NCBI GenBank assembly: GCA_964035545.1
Contig: OZ037765.1
Span: forward strand, 8,504,698 to 8,568,697
Source of the DNA: Bugula neritina
Lineage: Eukaryota > Animalia > Bryozoa
Direction: 5' to 3'
DNA length: 64,000 nt
Shown here: positions 25,479-39,400 of the stretch, one piece after another
Layout of the letters: the number at the start of each line of letters is the position of its first letter
Position numbering within the stretch: the first letter of the stretch is position 1
Translations under genes and position numbers: made by a program
Notes under the pieces: generated by a model
Told to the model about the DNA's origin: nothing
What the model saw: only the letters and a program-made list of their open reading frames with translations
Databases searched by the model: none

Positions 25479-28400
25479 ATGTCTCAACAAGCCAAACAGC
25501 TTCAAGAATCTCAAGTTACGTTGTCAGAGGAATTTTTGGTTAATTCCCATAATGCTGGCATCACTGTATTGCATTGTCCTGATTGTGATTATTCTTCCCC
25601 CAACAAACATTATCTAAGACAACATATAGATTTAGTCCACACTAATGAAAGGCCCTTCAAATGCCCATTTTGCGACTATGCAGGAAAACGTAGTCATTCT
25701 TTGAAAGAGCATTTGATTGTGCATAGTGATGAGCGACCTTTTAAATGCACGCAGTGTAATGCGAAATTTAGGAAAAAGGGCCACTTGACAAATCACTATA
25801 GACTGCATTCAGAAACTCCTGTAGATTGTCCCCTATGTAAATATATATCGTTTGAAAGCCGCAATGAGTTATATCAGCATCTCCGACAAGATCACCAAAG
25901 TCAATCAGGGGTTTCTATTTTTTGTTGCAATCGTTGTAATTTTGCCACAACAACCAAAGGCAATTTGCTGGTTCATGAGATGGCTCATACTGATTATCGC
26001 CATGTTTTATATATGAAGCCTAAGTTGCCACTAACAACAAATATTGTGCTCAAGTGTTCTGAGTGTGGTTTTGAAACCACTCAACGCAAAGAGCTGGAGA
26101 AGCATGTGTTGGAGAAACATATGGTAAATGTAGTTCTAATTTTGAATATAGCAGTTTTATTTTGTGGTTTCAACTTTACATAAATAAAATATTTAATCAG
26201 AGTTACCCTGTCAGCTTCTAAAGATAAAAAATTTTTAATTCAACTTGCCAAGTTTTGATGAGCTTCAGATTTGCTACTTTAAATTTTTCATGTTCAAAAA
26301 CAGAATTTGTTTGCTGAGATTTCCTTTCACCAGCAATTGCTCAATTATAATTTATATGTAGTGAATTGGCAAAAAAATTTTATGAGTTTAGCTGTAAGGG
26401 CATATTTATACCAAAGGAAGCAATCACAGAGAGGTTTAAACAAGCACATTCCTGTTTAAGCCTGAATTATATGTGTTTTATTTGTAGATGTCCTACAGGA
26501 ATATCCAACCTGATATCAATTCTAATGAGTCACCCATAGTTTTGGGTTCTCCAATGTACAAATGTACTGAATGTGGGTTTGTTACTTCTGATCACAAACA
26601 GTTGCTTGTTCACGCTTTTAGTCATAAGCAATCGGCCGGTAATAATAGGAATTTGGAGCCGATGGATTCTTATGGGAAAGAAGATTTATCGACAACGACT
26701 GCTCCTGGCTCATACGTTTGTTCTATATGTAGTTATTTTTGTGATTCTCAAAGGACATTGAAAGCTCACATGTGGAAGCATTCAGGGCATAAAAACTTGG
26801 AGTATCCAACGTTTCAAAATGGGCCTTTGAGCATTTATGACGATACCCCTTTTGCAGCCAAAAATTTTGTCAGCAATAATCAACAATCAGAAGTTTTACG
26901 TGACGTGAAAAACAGTGCAAAAAATGTACTTCTTTTGGGTTACGCAAAGCACAACAATCAAGCAGTTGCTTCTGTTGATACAGCAGTACAGGCAGAGGAA
27001 AACAGTTCACCTCGTGTTGTTGTACAGCAGTTGATAAACCCAGAAAATATTTGCACTATAGGCACTGGTAGAGTGAATAACTGCTCTCCATTAGATGAAG
27101 ATATACCACCGGTTTCAAATGCTAGAAGGATGAAGCCTGAACACGTAATTGAAGAAGTTGTAAATCATCTTCAGGGTGCAGTTGATGACCCGTTAAAGGT
27201 CATGACAGCTGTGTGCGAGGTAGCGGAGAGGCGCCCTGTTGAAAACAATTTAGCGATTTCCGATGTTCCGTCGAAACTAAGGATAAACTCTGACTCATAC
27301 AGTGCAACTGAAAAGACTGCAGCGACTCTTTTGAGTTTGCTTCGTCAAGGTAAGAGTATGAAAAAGATATACTTTTACAAAGTTGTTAAAAACTTTAGCT
27401 TTTTTATAAATACATTTATTTTACAGGTTACTATTTTGATTGTGTTTTTATGTTCAGGATATTTAATATTGAGTTGTCGACTACCTATTCACATTTAGGT
27501 AAAAATGTTGACCCTACAAGTTATACTCATGAAGTAGCAGAAAGTCATGCTACTGAATCTCCTGATTATAAGAGTGTACCAGTAAGTTCCATAGTTGGAG
27601 ATGTTGCTTTGGAAGAAGTTGTAGTATCTGAAGCCGCCAGCTCTAGCAGTGATGTCTCTTCTGCAGAAAAACCCAAAGCTGGTTAGCTGTTCTTTTACAT
27701 TAGATTTAGTGCATGGATGTTTTTGCTGTCGTCTCATTTAATGAATTAAATTCCTCGGTTTACTGATAGTGTGAATTTTACTATTGAAGGCATATGCAGC
27801 TCACTTTTAGCAGTCATTGAGCAACTGAGAGAGCCCCATACTGAAGACATGGTTTTGGCATCGGGCTCTAAAGCCAAGCGGAGAAAGAAAAATGAGGATG
27901 TGAGCAGTGAAACGGTAGTGAAAGTTACTTATGTTTACTCTTTTGTAGCATTCATTTCATATGATTTGATATAATGCTTTTCAACTAAAGTGAAGTTTGG
28001 TCATATTTAGTTCTTGTATGTAGAGTTAATAGATGTGGCAAAATAATGCTTTGTTATGTTTTTAAATCATTTGTAGAATTGCAGTTTATGTTGTATTCAA
28101 GCTGCAAAATTTTGTGTCGAGTTTTTAAGTGCAAGGTATAGAGAAATAAAGACAATGATGTATGATCATTTTTACTAGAAAATATTTTCTTATGACTAGC
28201 TTCAATTTTAGGAAATTTTATGAATGCTTCAATGTTATCACCCACAAAATTATTTAATAACTATAAATTAAAATCAACAGAGTTTTAACTCGTCCGTGCT
28301 AAATCAACAACTTAACAAATTAACACACACAGGGAATTGTTGAAGCATCATTTGATTAAAGCTCAAAATATTTGAAAAGTTGAGTATGCTGTCCTATAAT

Positions 28401-31328
28401 TTTAGCTCTGCATTTTGAGGAAAAAATCATCTGAAGTCGTTTTTTTGTAGCTTTCCAAAAAATTAGATGTTGCTGGTGAAGAGCGACAGGAAGTGTTCCT
28501 TACCACAATGCCCAGTGTTGTGTATCGCTGCAAGCCGTGTCATTACCGAACCTCTTCTTACGAAAAGATGCAGGAACACATCACTCGGCACAAAGTAAAT
28601 ATCCTTTTAACTTTTTTTGGATTTTTAAGTTGGTGATTATTAGAAAAATCTTTTAGCATGTTTACATAACGCTAAGAAAAACTAAATATTCATTAATTTG
28701 CTGCATTGTCCACCATAATATTTGAAACTGTGTGGTTTGCGAAGTAGTAACTAGAGTAAGATTGTTTCCATTTGCAAAGTTTTGAGACTGATGATAAAAT
28801 GAAATAATTGTCTTCTCTACTAGCCGCAATGTTTATATCAAAGTAAAATATATACTATTTATTTTGCCATCACAATTGTGAAACAGTCATTATTAAATCA
28901 AGATTATTCATCAATCATTAGGATGATACTGATGTGGATGTAACACCTGATGAGTTCAGCCGTGCCAACCTGTCTGACTCTGCAGATGATGGAGTTGTAT
29001 ACAGATGCAAACTCTGTCACTATCGTTCTTCCCATCATCTCATGAAGCAGCACATGAAGATGCACAAGGTACAAAGTTGATCTCATATTGTAAACTGGTC
29101 AATTATTAATTTTATGTTGTCTCTAGATTATATTCGTATTTGAATGCTTTTAGATTCATTCTGCTAAAATTTACAGGGAATTTTTGGTTTAGGTGTTTAG
29201 TTTGATAGAATATAAAGATAATAGTTATCTATTAGCTTAAATTTTCCATCGTTTTAATTTCACTGGAGTAAACTAATGTGCATAATGCATGTAACTACAG
29301 CAAAATTAGTTGAAGTTGTTTAACGTTATGACTAAACTATTTGGAAGCTTGCTTTCAAACAAAAAACTTACTATGCCTTACCAGTATCTTTTTTGTTAGT
29401 CATTACTACATAAAATCTCTGTGTAGAAATTGAAAATAATTGAAAAATATGCGATGTTTGATCAACAACTAGCCGAAGTTGTGAAACCATAATGCAGTAG
29501 TGTATAACACATATATGTTGGTAAAGGTGCTTGGTTAACCATTATGAAAATATACTAAGTCGAAACAATATTATTTGAAAACTGCTGATGGTATAGCTTT
29601 TTAGGCCTGTTGATTTCTGAACTTTCAAAAGAAAATTGTTTGTAGCATGTTGATGGGGTAATCACTAAAACTTAGTATAGACTATACTTGTATAGTATGT
29701 TTTATGGTAAACAAGCACAAAGCTTATAGAAGAAAATTTCGCTCAGGTTACAGGTCTCACTCTTTCTGATTGAAATGCTGTAAGTTACGAAAAATATTAA
29801 AGAATAGCGTCTACAGTTTTAATAATGTTAATGGGAGTGCATATCAGTGTCTTGTCCCTCATAATAGTCGACTCTCTACAGCTTTTATCCTCACTCGGTA
29901 TCTGAACACCTCCTTCACCCTATTCTTTACAGAACAAGAAGCCTCACGAGTGCTCTTTGTGCGAGTTTGAAGCTGTTGACAATGTCGACCTACAATACCA
30001 CATGATAAAGCATTGCAAGAGTAGGCAGTACCAGTGTAAACAATGCGAAGCTGTATTTAACTATAAAAGTCAGCTCCGAGCTCACACCAGGTAAGCATCG
30101 CATGAATATGAATACAGTGCAGTGTAATATGGAGTTTCTCCCTGGTCAAGTTGCACCTTGTTTTACTCATTTAAGTTAAGCTTCTTGCTATGCGGTTGGT
30201 GTTCTAGCTGCCCATTTATTTCTGCTGTTCAGTTGTTTTGTGTGAATGGGCTTTCTTTTTATTCACTGTGTTTATCAGGACATATGAATTGTGTGTTGCA
30301 GGGTTCATTTAGATGGGCAAGCTTTCTATTGTGAACATTGTGATTACGTGACCTCATATATTGACTCTTTCCAAGAACATCTTAAAGTCCATCTGGAAGC
30401 TACAGATTCATTTACTTGTATAGCCTGCAGTCAAACGTTCTCTGATTTGAAGGAACTACAAACTCACATGAAGGTAATTAACTTGTGAAAACTTATAAAT
30501 TTATTTTTTTCAACTAGTTAAGGGGTCTTTAAATCTTAGGTTTGTCATTTTACTCATTTACAATGAATTCATCTCATAAAATGGTGGTTTTCTAGTTAAA
30601 CAATCTATTGTTCACTGTAGCTGGAGAATAGCTCTTTAAGCCTGTCTCTTTATATGTGGGCGTTCTTAATAAGTTTTGCTGACTTAATTTCAGGAATCAT
30701 GTGAAGAAGTGAAAAAGTTACACCCCGTCCATCCATTGTTAGATTCTACTTCTAAGTCTAAAGAGAAAGTTTCAGAGCAAATTGCTAGAAGATTGAAATG
30801 CGCTCAATGCGATTTTGTGGCACTGAGTGTTCGAAGGTTAGTTAATTAGTATAATGAATTGTGCAGTCGTCATAATTCAATCGTTCATTTTAACTTTTAA
30901 GCTCTTTGATTAATTTTCATCTCATAGATTTTTTACAATACCATTGATATTTGCTTTGTTGTTTAATTGTTTAAATTAATTTTTTTAGTTTGAAATCACA
31001 CTTGAAAAGACATGTTAATGACAAAAGATACATACAACAACCTCTGGAACAGTACAAGTGTAACATGTGTGGATATGTGTGTCATCACTTGCCATCTCTC
31101 AAATCTCACATGTGGCGTCATGCCAATGAAAGCGACTTTTCCTACTCATTTTGTGATATTTTGGACGAAACGACCTCAGCACTTTCCAAGGAAGGGAAGT
31201 CACTGATTACTTTAAGGTGTTGCCAGTGTGGTTTTGAGACGTTAGAGAAAAGTGAACTTGATGCGCATATGAAATCTCATTGGGATATCATTAAAAAGAC
31301 ATTTGATGTTGGTTTACAAACTAAATAG
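25479..31328 (+). CDS. ZNF507: Multi-C2H2 zinc finger protein, ZNF507-like; spliced
   Basis: Many CxxCxY..HxxxH fingers with ERPFKC linkers; CSYFCDSQRTLKAHMWKH, SSLLAVIEQLRE, YRCKLCHY and YKCNMCGYVCHHLPSLKSHMWRHA resemble ZNF507 as I recall it. Confidence 0.75.
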
Positions 31329-32469
31329 GTTTAGACATTGTTTATCGGCCATAGTATCATTTATAGCTTGAATTTAAAGAGTTTTTTGTTTAGACAATAT
31401 ATTACAATAAAAGTGCCAGTGTTTAATAAGTCAAAGTCATTGCCAATTGCTTTATTTTTATTAAAATTATGTACATCAATAATATATATAAACAGTTTTT
31501 AGTTTTGTTTGTGGTATTCTTAGGTTTTTTTTCAGGCTTATTTTTAATTAGATCTGTAGTGTGCTAGAAATCTCAAAGCTCGAATTTGCTATTTTTCCTT
31601 TACTAATTGTTTACAACTATTACTGAAAGCATTTTTACTTCATCTTTTCTGTTGAGTTTAAATTTCTGTGTTTGTTTTTTATGTTGACTCTCATATTGTC
31701 TTTATTCTGTATATTGTGTTAATTCAGGAATAAAAATATAATTATGCGCCCGAATTTTTTTTGCAGTTTATCCTTTACCTTTATGTTAATAGACTTCCCT
31801 AATATTATAATATATAAATAAAGTAGACATATTTTTTAAAAATTACAAACTTTCAGTAATTTGGATGCCAATAATTCTTTCATATAATTCAATCAAGTTT
31901 TTGAATTAGAACTCACCTAAAACAACAAATGGTGTCATAACAAAATTCTATAACTATTACCATATCTATTCAAAATGTAACAATTATATTAGGTCTACTT
32001 GTATAGCTAGCATGTGGCGTTAATGCCTAGTTTTACTTCAATATAGGAGTTGTTTTCCCTAATTGAACTGCTTTCCCTCTAGTTTTAATGAGCTTGAGCC
32101 TGAGGTCTATGTTTATTTGCGTAAATGTAGTCTGTAGTACAATGTATTCAACTCAAACCTGTAATGTGTTTATAACAAAAATTTAAAATGAGGCTAGCAA
32201 AATAGCAAGTCTACTAAATACCCATAACATGAAAAGAAGCTCAACAAGATCGTTTTGATCACCATTTAGTTTTACTTTTAGTTTTAGATATTCTTACGAT
32301 TTTGAATTTTAATAGAGCGAAAACCTAAAGTCACGCAATATTAGTTAGAATCTAGAGAACTTTGGTAAACCAAGTGATCGGATTTGCGCAGTAAATTTTG
32401 TTGTTGGTGGTTGGAAAATTTAAGATATGTAAAATAAAGATTAGTTTCATCGTTGCCCTCACTCCTTAG

Positions 32470-33110
32470 CATTATGATTATCATTATGATTACTATAACA
32501 GTATAAATATAACTATTACTATTAGCATACTCATAGTCATACTGATACTGATAAACGATTGTCATAGTGATAGTCATACTCATACTCATAGTGATATCAC
32601 TGATACTGATAGTCATACTCATAGTGTGATACTCATAGTCATACTCATACTCATAGTGATAGCCATAGTCATAGTGGTAGTCATACTCATTATCATACTG
32701 ATACTGATAGTGATAGTGATACTGCCATACCAATAGCCTGGTAGGGATACTCATACTGAGAGTGATACTGTCATACTCATACTGATACTCATAGTGATTT
32801 TCTAATAGTAATAGTAATTTATGATTATATACTAATAGTAATACTGATAGTGATACTAATAGGCGATAGCGGTAGCCGTAACGGTAATGATACTCATACT
32901 TATAGTCAAATCTATGTCATTGTCATGCTGATACTGTTACAGTTACACCTACAGTCGCATTGCCCGGATAATCATACTCGTACTATTATTGATCAATGAT
33001 TTAATTACTGTAACTGTGAGTAATCTTGGCCTTGCAAATATCAAAGTCTTGTTTGAGTTATCATAATGATAATATAAATTACTATTAGTATTACCATTGG
33101 TATCATATTT
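32470..33110. repeat. Degenerate hexamer tract (TCATAC/TGATAG/TCATAG/TAATAG family) upstream of the CTR9 start codon; representative of similar tracts at other gene 5' ends
   Basis: Clear 6-bp periodicity, e.g. tcatag tgatag tcatac tcatac tcatag tgatat; produces the spurious YHYDYE/MSMT ORF at 32341-32754. Confidence 0.8.
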
Positions 33111-33483
33111 GTATCAAAAGAAGTGTTAATATAAATATTAATGTTCACTTATTGAGTTATTCTAAGTGATGGATCATTATAATATTTGTGTGGATATGGA
33201 TATCAGTATCTAATCAGCTAATGAGTTATAAAACTAAATCAAAATGTTAAAAATTACATCAATAAAGGAAGATCATAACAGTAATATTTTATTAGGTGTT
33301 GAAAACACTCATAAATTTTTTTCAATATTAGTCATTAATTCCCCTCTCTTCTTTAAGTAGTCATTTGCATACCTGCTAAAAAGTTCTTTTTCAAGCTGGG
33401 GTTTCTTATGCTCATTTGTATTTTATTCAGTAACCTACATTGTTTTAAGATATTGGCATATCTTAGAAATGACCATATAAATC

Positions 33484-36400
33484 ATGGCTAGCACCGGGTC
33501 TGGAACTATTGAAATTCCACTCAAAGATACTGATGAGGTATGTTAAATAAGATAGCTAGTTTTACTTACTTAGATTTTATTTTCTTGTTGTTATAACCAG
33601 TAGTACTAGAACTATGTGCATCACTGTCATGAAGTTGTTTTACAGTTTTTGGTTGGGCAGGCTGACAGCCAGAGCTTATTGAAATTATATGTGGTGAAGT
33701 CTAATGAATCACTTCTGGTGACTATTTTTAGGTGATTGAGTTGGATTTAGAGGCTTTGCCCGATGGAGAAGAGGTTCTGACTATTTTAAAGCAAGAAGCT
33801 TGTCCACTAAATGTTTGGGTCACACTTGCTGTAAGCATGTGCATAATTATAAGTAGTTGAATTTATTTAGGTTTGCCAAGTATTGGTACAGACATGAGAA
33901 AGATATATCATTAGGAGTGAGAAAATATTTTGTTCTGGCAGGTTTAAGATTTTAATGCATTTTTATACTACTGTTCATGTTGTGTCAAGTGTAACTTATG
34001 AAAATGGGTTGGTAATGGTGACTATAAAGGTCCATAACAATATTCTGCACATTTGACAAAATGTGATGATACCAGCCTCATTCTAGTTTAATTTTAAGAT
34101 CACTGAAAAGTAAAGCTGCTATTCTCTGTTTAGTGTAGGCAAGCTAGCTATGAGGTTCTGTGAATTAGTTTAGGTAAAGAGCTTCTTATGACTTCATCTC
34201 AAAGATTGTTGAGAGACCAGACTATGTTTTGCATGTTTTATGATTTAAACACAAAATATCTTAAGATAAAGTTATTTAGTGAGAATATTTTACCTTCACT
34301 CTATCAATTGCTTCTTGGCCTAACGCGACATGTAGTTTTCTCAATTTCCAGTGATTGTATTTTTGTTTGCAATGTGCATCAAATACATTTTAGATTGAAT
34401 ACTACAAGCAAGGTAAGGAGGATGACTTTGAAAAAATCTTGGAATCATCAAGACAAGATGCTAATCATAACTATGGAGATTTTGAGAAAGATCAGATGAA
34501 GGCGTTAGATACGCTGGCTGCCCATTATGTGCAGAAGGCTCATGCAGAGAAGAATAAAGAGCGAAAGCGAGAGCTTTTTACCAGGGCCACACTTCTGTAC
34601 ACTACTGCTGATAAGATCATTATGTATGAGCAGGTACTTGGGTACTCAGTTATTCTAGTCATCAACTTTATGTTTCTAATTTTAGCAACTACCAACAGTA
34701 CTAAGGATTTATTTGTTTTGTTTTAGAACCATCTTCTCGGTAGAGCATACTTCTGTCTTCTCGAAGGAGATAAAATGGAGCAAGCTGATGCCCAATTCAA
34801 TTTTGTGTTGGGCCAGTTTCCTAGCAACATACCATCATTGCTTGGCAAGGCATGCATAGCCTTTAACAAGAAAGACTACAGAGGAGCTCTTGCTTATTAT
34901 AAGAAGGCATTGAGGACCAACCCTAATTGCCCTGCTTCAGTTCGACTAGGAATGGGACACTGCTTCATCAAATTGAATAAAGTTGAAAAAGCCAAGTAAG
35001 TCACCATGCCATATAGAATAAAGCATTCCTACAATTTCCTGCATTTTTAACGAATGAAATCAATTTATTTTATAACAAAATAGGTTTATCATCTTCTAAA
35101 CTTTTAATATGAGCTGCCCAACTAAACCTGCAAGCTGATAATATAGAATAATTAGATGGTACAATTCTCACCAACAGGCAGGCTTTTGAACGTGCTTTAC
35201 AACTTGACCCTTGCTGTGTTGGAGCTTTGGTGGGATCTGCCATCATGGCAATGAACAACAAGACTCCAGATTCTATTAAGAGTGGCGTCCAGTTGCTCTC
35301 AAAAGCCTACACAATTGACTCGGCTAATCCTATGGTTTTGAACCACCTGGCTAATCATTTCTTCTACAAGAAGGTTTGACATCACCTTACTTACTTACTT
35401 ACTTAATGTACATGTGTATACATACATGTATATTTACACACATGTATGTACGTATCAATGTTTGTATATATAAACATACTTGTATATGTGTGCATGCATA
35501 CATGTAGAATATAGAAATATAATTTGAATCTCAAATGCTTCCGATACATTTACAAAAGTAATCCGTTTCATTGATTTTCAATGAGTGTGTGAGAAAAATA
35601 GTATATATATGATAGTTTTCAAGCGTCTGTCAAACTTGATCACATAGCAGCGTAAGATGAAAGTGTTCTGTACTCTCCATGTAGGATTACCAGAAGGTAC
35701 AGCACTTGGCTCTGCACGCCTTCCACAACACTGAGAATGAGTCGATGAGAGCTGAGAGTTGCTACCAGCTGGCCAGAGCGTTCCATGTGCAGAATGACTA
35801 CGACCAGGCTTTCCAGTACTACTACCAGTCCACTCAGTTTGCCTCTGCTAACTTTGTCTTGCCTTACTATGGATTAGGACAAATGTACATCTATAAGAGT
35901 GACACTAACAATGTGAGTATCCTTAGTCAGTATTTATATGTATACAGTGCGGTGTAATACTGTAGTTATTATGATTCAAGATAATTTGCTGTGCTACTAG
36001 TTGATGCTGGACGATACTAGCTGACATTTTCATATGCGAGTCAACATGGCATTAAATTTTCACTTATTAACTTTTAGTGAAAATTTCAGTATTTTTGAAT
36101 CTGAAAATCTTTATTACTTTTAATCTAATACATAGAAGAATATTGCAATAAATTTCCTGTGTGCTGTTTTTTCAAGCGTTGTGAAATATGTCTACCTCTA
36201 CTGAACTTGCCGTCTCTTATGTTTACCTATATGTAGGCTGCTCAGTGCTTTGAGAAAGTGCTCAAGGCTCACCCCACTAACTACGAAACTATGAAGATAC
36301 TTGGCTCTTTATATGCCACATATTCTGAACCAGAGAAGAGAAACTTAGCTAAGGTATGCTGTTAAGATTTTATAAGAAATGTAACTGCATTTTAGAATCT

Positions 36401-39400
36401 AGTATCTCTATCCTGTAAATGAGTTTTATATGCCAAAAAAGTTTATGCGAGTAATTTTTTTTGGCTGATAATCTTGAAATGTTATTGCATGTGGCATAGC
36501 TGCTGTTTCAACAATGTTATTCAATGTAACTTTTGCATTTGTATTGTTATTTTGAAGTATTGCTAATTTTAACCATTGTAAAATTTACTGAAGGTTGATT
36601 TTTTCTATATATTCTATGATCACCACGTTGAACCATGAAGGTTAAATAGGTCATTGTTATACCGTCACCATTCCTACACGTTTACTGTATGTTTATATAG
36701 CAACATTTGAAGAAAGTTACCGATCAGTATCCAGAAGATGTAGAGGCGTGGATCGAGTTGGCTCAAATATTAGAGTCAAATGATGTTCAGGTACACACAG
36801 CGTAATTCTACAGTTCTTGTATTGCATTAATTACTTACAAGCAAATTATATAGAAATTAACGTGTAATATTTTTCTAAGCCAATCCTCTTTCAGGGTGCG
36901 TTAACTGCCTATGGTAAAGCAACGAGCATACTCAGAGAAAAGATTGAGGCAGATGTACCACCGGAGATTCTCAATAATGTTGCTGCTCTTCACTTCCGGC
37001 TTGGAAATCTCAACGATGCTCAGGTTTGTCTGTTAAAGGTTCTGTCTGTGAACAATGTTTTTTACTCATCAAGTTGATATTTCGATACATGTTCATGCTG
37101 TCTTTCTCTACACCTAATAGCGCAATGTTATTACTCAAAGCCAGACACTTCAAATAGGCACTTTTAAAAGATAGATCTGAACATTTTTTTGGTGTGCCTT
37201 TTTTTACCATGTTTTATTGGTGTAGATGAAGAAAATTTAATTATAACTCAAGTGCTTGGGTGGTTTTTTCTACAGTGTTCATGAAAAGCAACTCTTAATT
37301 TATCAGATTTTGTCTATAATAACAGTAATAGAATACTATATTTGCTTATTAGAAATATTACGAAGCATCCCTGGACAGATCAAAGAAAGAAAGTGAGCAC
37401 GATGAGAATTACTACAGTGCCATTTCCGTCACCACCACCTACAATTTAGCCAGACTCTATGAAGCTAGACATGAAGTGGACCGAGCTGAGAAACTGTACA
37501 AGGGAATCCTGAAAGAGCATCCCAATTACGTTGATTGTAAGTATCTTGTACAAATTAAACTCTTGCATTACCCTGCTCTGTATACAATATACGCCGAATT
37601 GTTTTTTTCACCGCGAATCTTGCTTAATACTTTAACTGCTTTAGGTCTAGAGACAAGTATCTGTGATCCCTTACAGCACATATATACATATTATAGAGAT
37701 GTTTATCTGATATAAGTATATAAACCTAGATATTGCCATTATTTTCTACAGGTTACTTGAGACTAGGCTGCATGGCCAGGGACCGTGGCCAGATTTATGA
37801 AGCATCTGATTGGTTTAAAGAAGCGCTACAAATTAATCAAGATCACCCTGATGCCTGGTCACTGATTGGAAACCTTCACTTGGCTAAACAAGAATGGGGT
37901 CCGGGGCAAAAGAAGTTTGAGCGAATTCTCTCTCGTCCATTAACCAAGGATGACCCTTACTCGTTAATAGGTATGCATGCTTATACACTATTGGCATCTT
38001 TTAATTTAATAGGAATTTATGCTTATACACTATTAACCTTACAAGTGAAAGATTAGAAATTATAAACTATATATATATGCTTACACTTCATTAGTCATAC
38101 AGGTGAAATATTAGAAATTATAGAAGTGATAACATTATTTGAAAAGTATTGCTGTATATAAAGCTCTAGGAAATGTATGGCTTCAAACTCTCCACGCCGG
38201 GATTAAAGATAAAGACAAGGAGAAGCGACACCAGGACAGAGCACTCGGCATGTACAAACAGGTGCTTAGAAATGACAACAGGAATATATGGGCTGCTAAT
38301 GGCATCGGTAGGTTCAGTAATTGAATGTTTTGTTGGTAGGTTAACGAATCTGGTTTATTGCTTGATTTTCACATGGAATAATACAATTATTATCATTGTA
38401 TATATCTCAATCATAACCATTATACCTGTCAGTGTACCAGTTCACTAGCTAGGCTGTATTCTATGTTTTATCATCACACAGTCTATATCAACTCTTCTTT
38501 CACTCCTAGATTAAACCAACTAAATGTTTCAAATGTAAACTTTGCAAATTTATTGGGTTATGTTGTTGACAGCTGCTTTTTATGTTGGACCAGTCATCTC
38601 TGGACTGTACCTAAAGAAATGTTGGCATTTTCTACTTTCACTTAATCAATGGCTCCACCCTCTATGAATTTTGCATTAAAAAATTACGCCTTATAAATTT
38701 TAATGACTTCTTAGCCTAAAACCCATTGCCACAAACTTGGTTTTTTTCATTTGCATTTACCTTGTAGGTTGTATTTTGGCTCATAAGAATTTGCTCAATG
38801 AAAGCCGAGATGTCTTCGCTCAGGTTCGCGAGGCTACAGCAGACTTCCCTGATGTTTGGCTGAACATTGCTCATATCTACGTTGAGCAGAAGCAGTATAT
38901 TGCTGCTGTCACCATGGTAACACTTTATATTACTAGGTAGTTTGCTGTCGAATGTTTTATGTGTGATTTAATAAGTTGCAATTTATAATAATTTGTGAAA
39001 ATGTTCCAATGTCTTGGTTATATTTCAGTATGAAAATTGCCTGAAGAAATTCTACAAGCATGACAACACAGAGGTATTGCTCTATCTCGCTAGAGCATAC
39101 TTTAAAAGTAACAGACTGAAGGAAGCCAAGCAAACATTACAAAAGGTTTGCTAGATGAGTACCAAAACAGAATTTCTTCTTATAATTCCCGCTCTTTTAT
39201 CATTACGTACTAGTAACTAGTGTATGTGTATTTGAAATACTGATGTTATTAACAGGCTCGACATGTGCTGCCCGGAGACACAATACTCCTCTATGACCTT
39301 TCATTCGTGATGCAGCAGCTGGCTACTTCTGTGTTAACTGATGAGAAGAGTAACCTCACAGCTGTACTCGGTGCTGTTCACGATTTAGAGTTGTCTCACC

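Noticed and set aside
28599-28607. ATATCCTTT, a U12 AT-AC donor consensus in the ZNF507-like gene
   Set aside because: A GT donor 4 nt upstream joins in phase to the AG at 28920-28921; no matching U12 branch point or AC acceptor found.
32341-32754. Tyr/His/Met-rich 137-aa ORF (also 52680-52925 and 14451-14639)
   Set aside because: By-products of the degenerate hexamer tracts.
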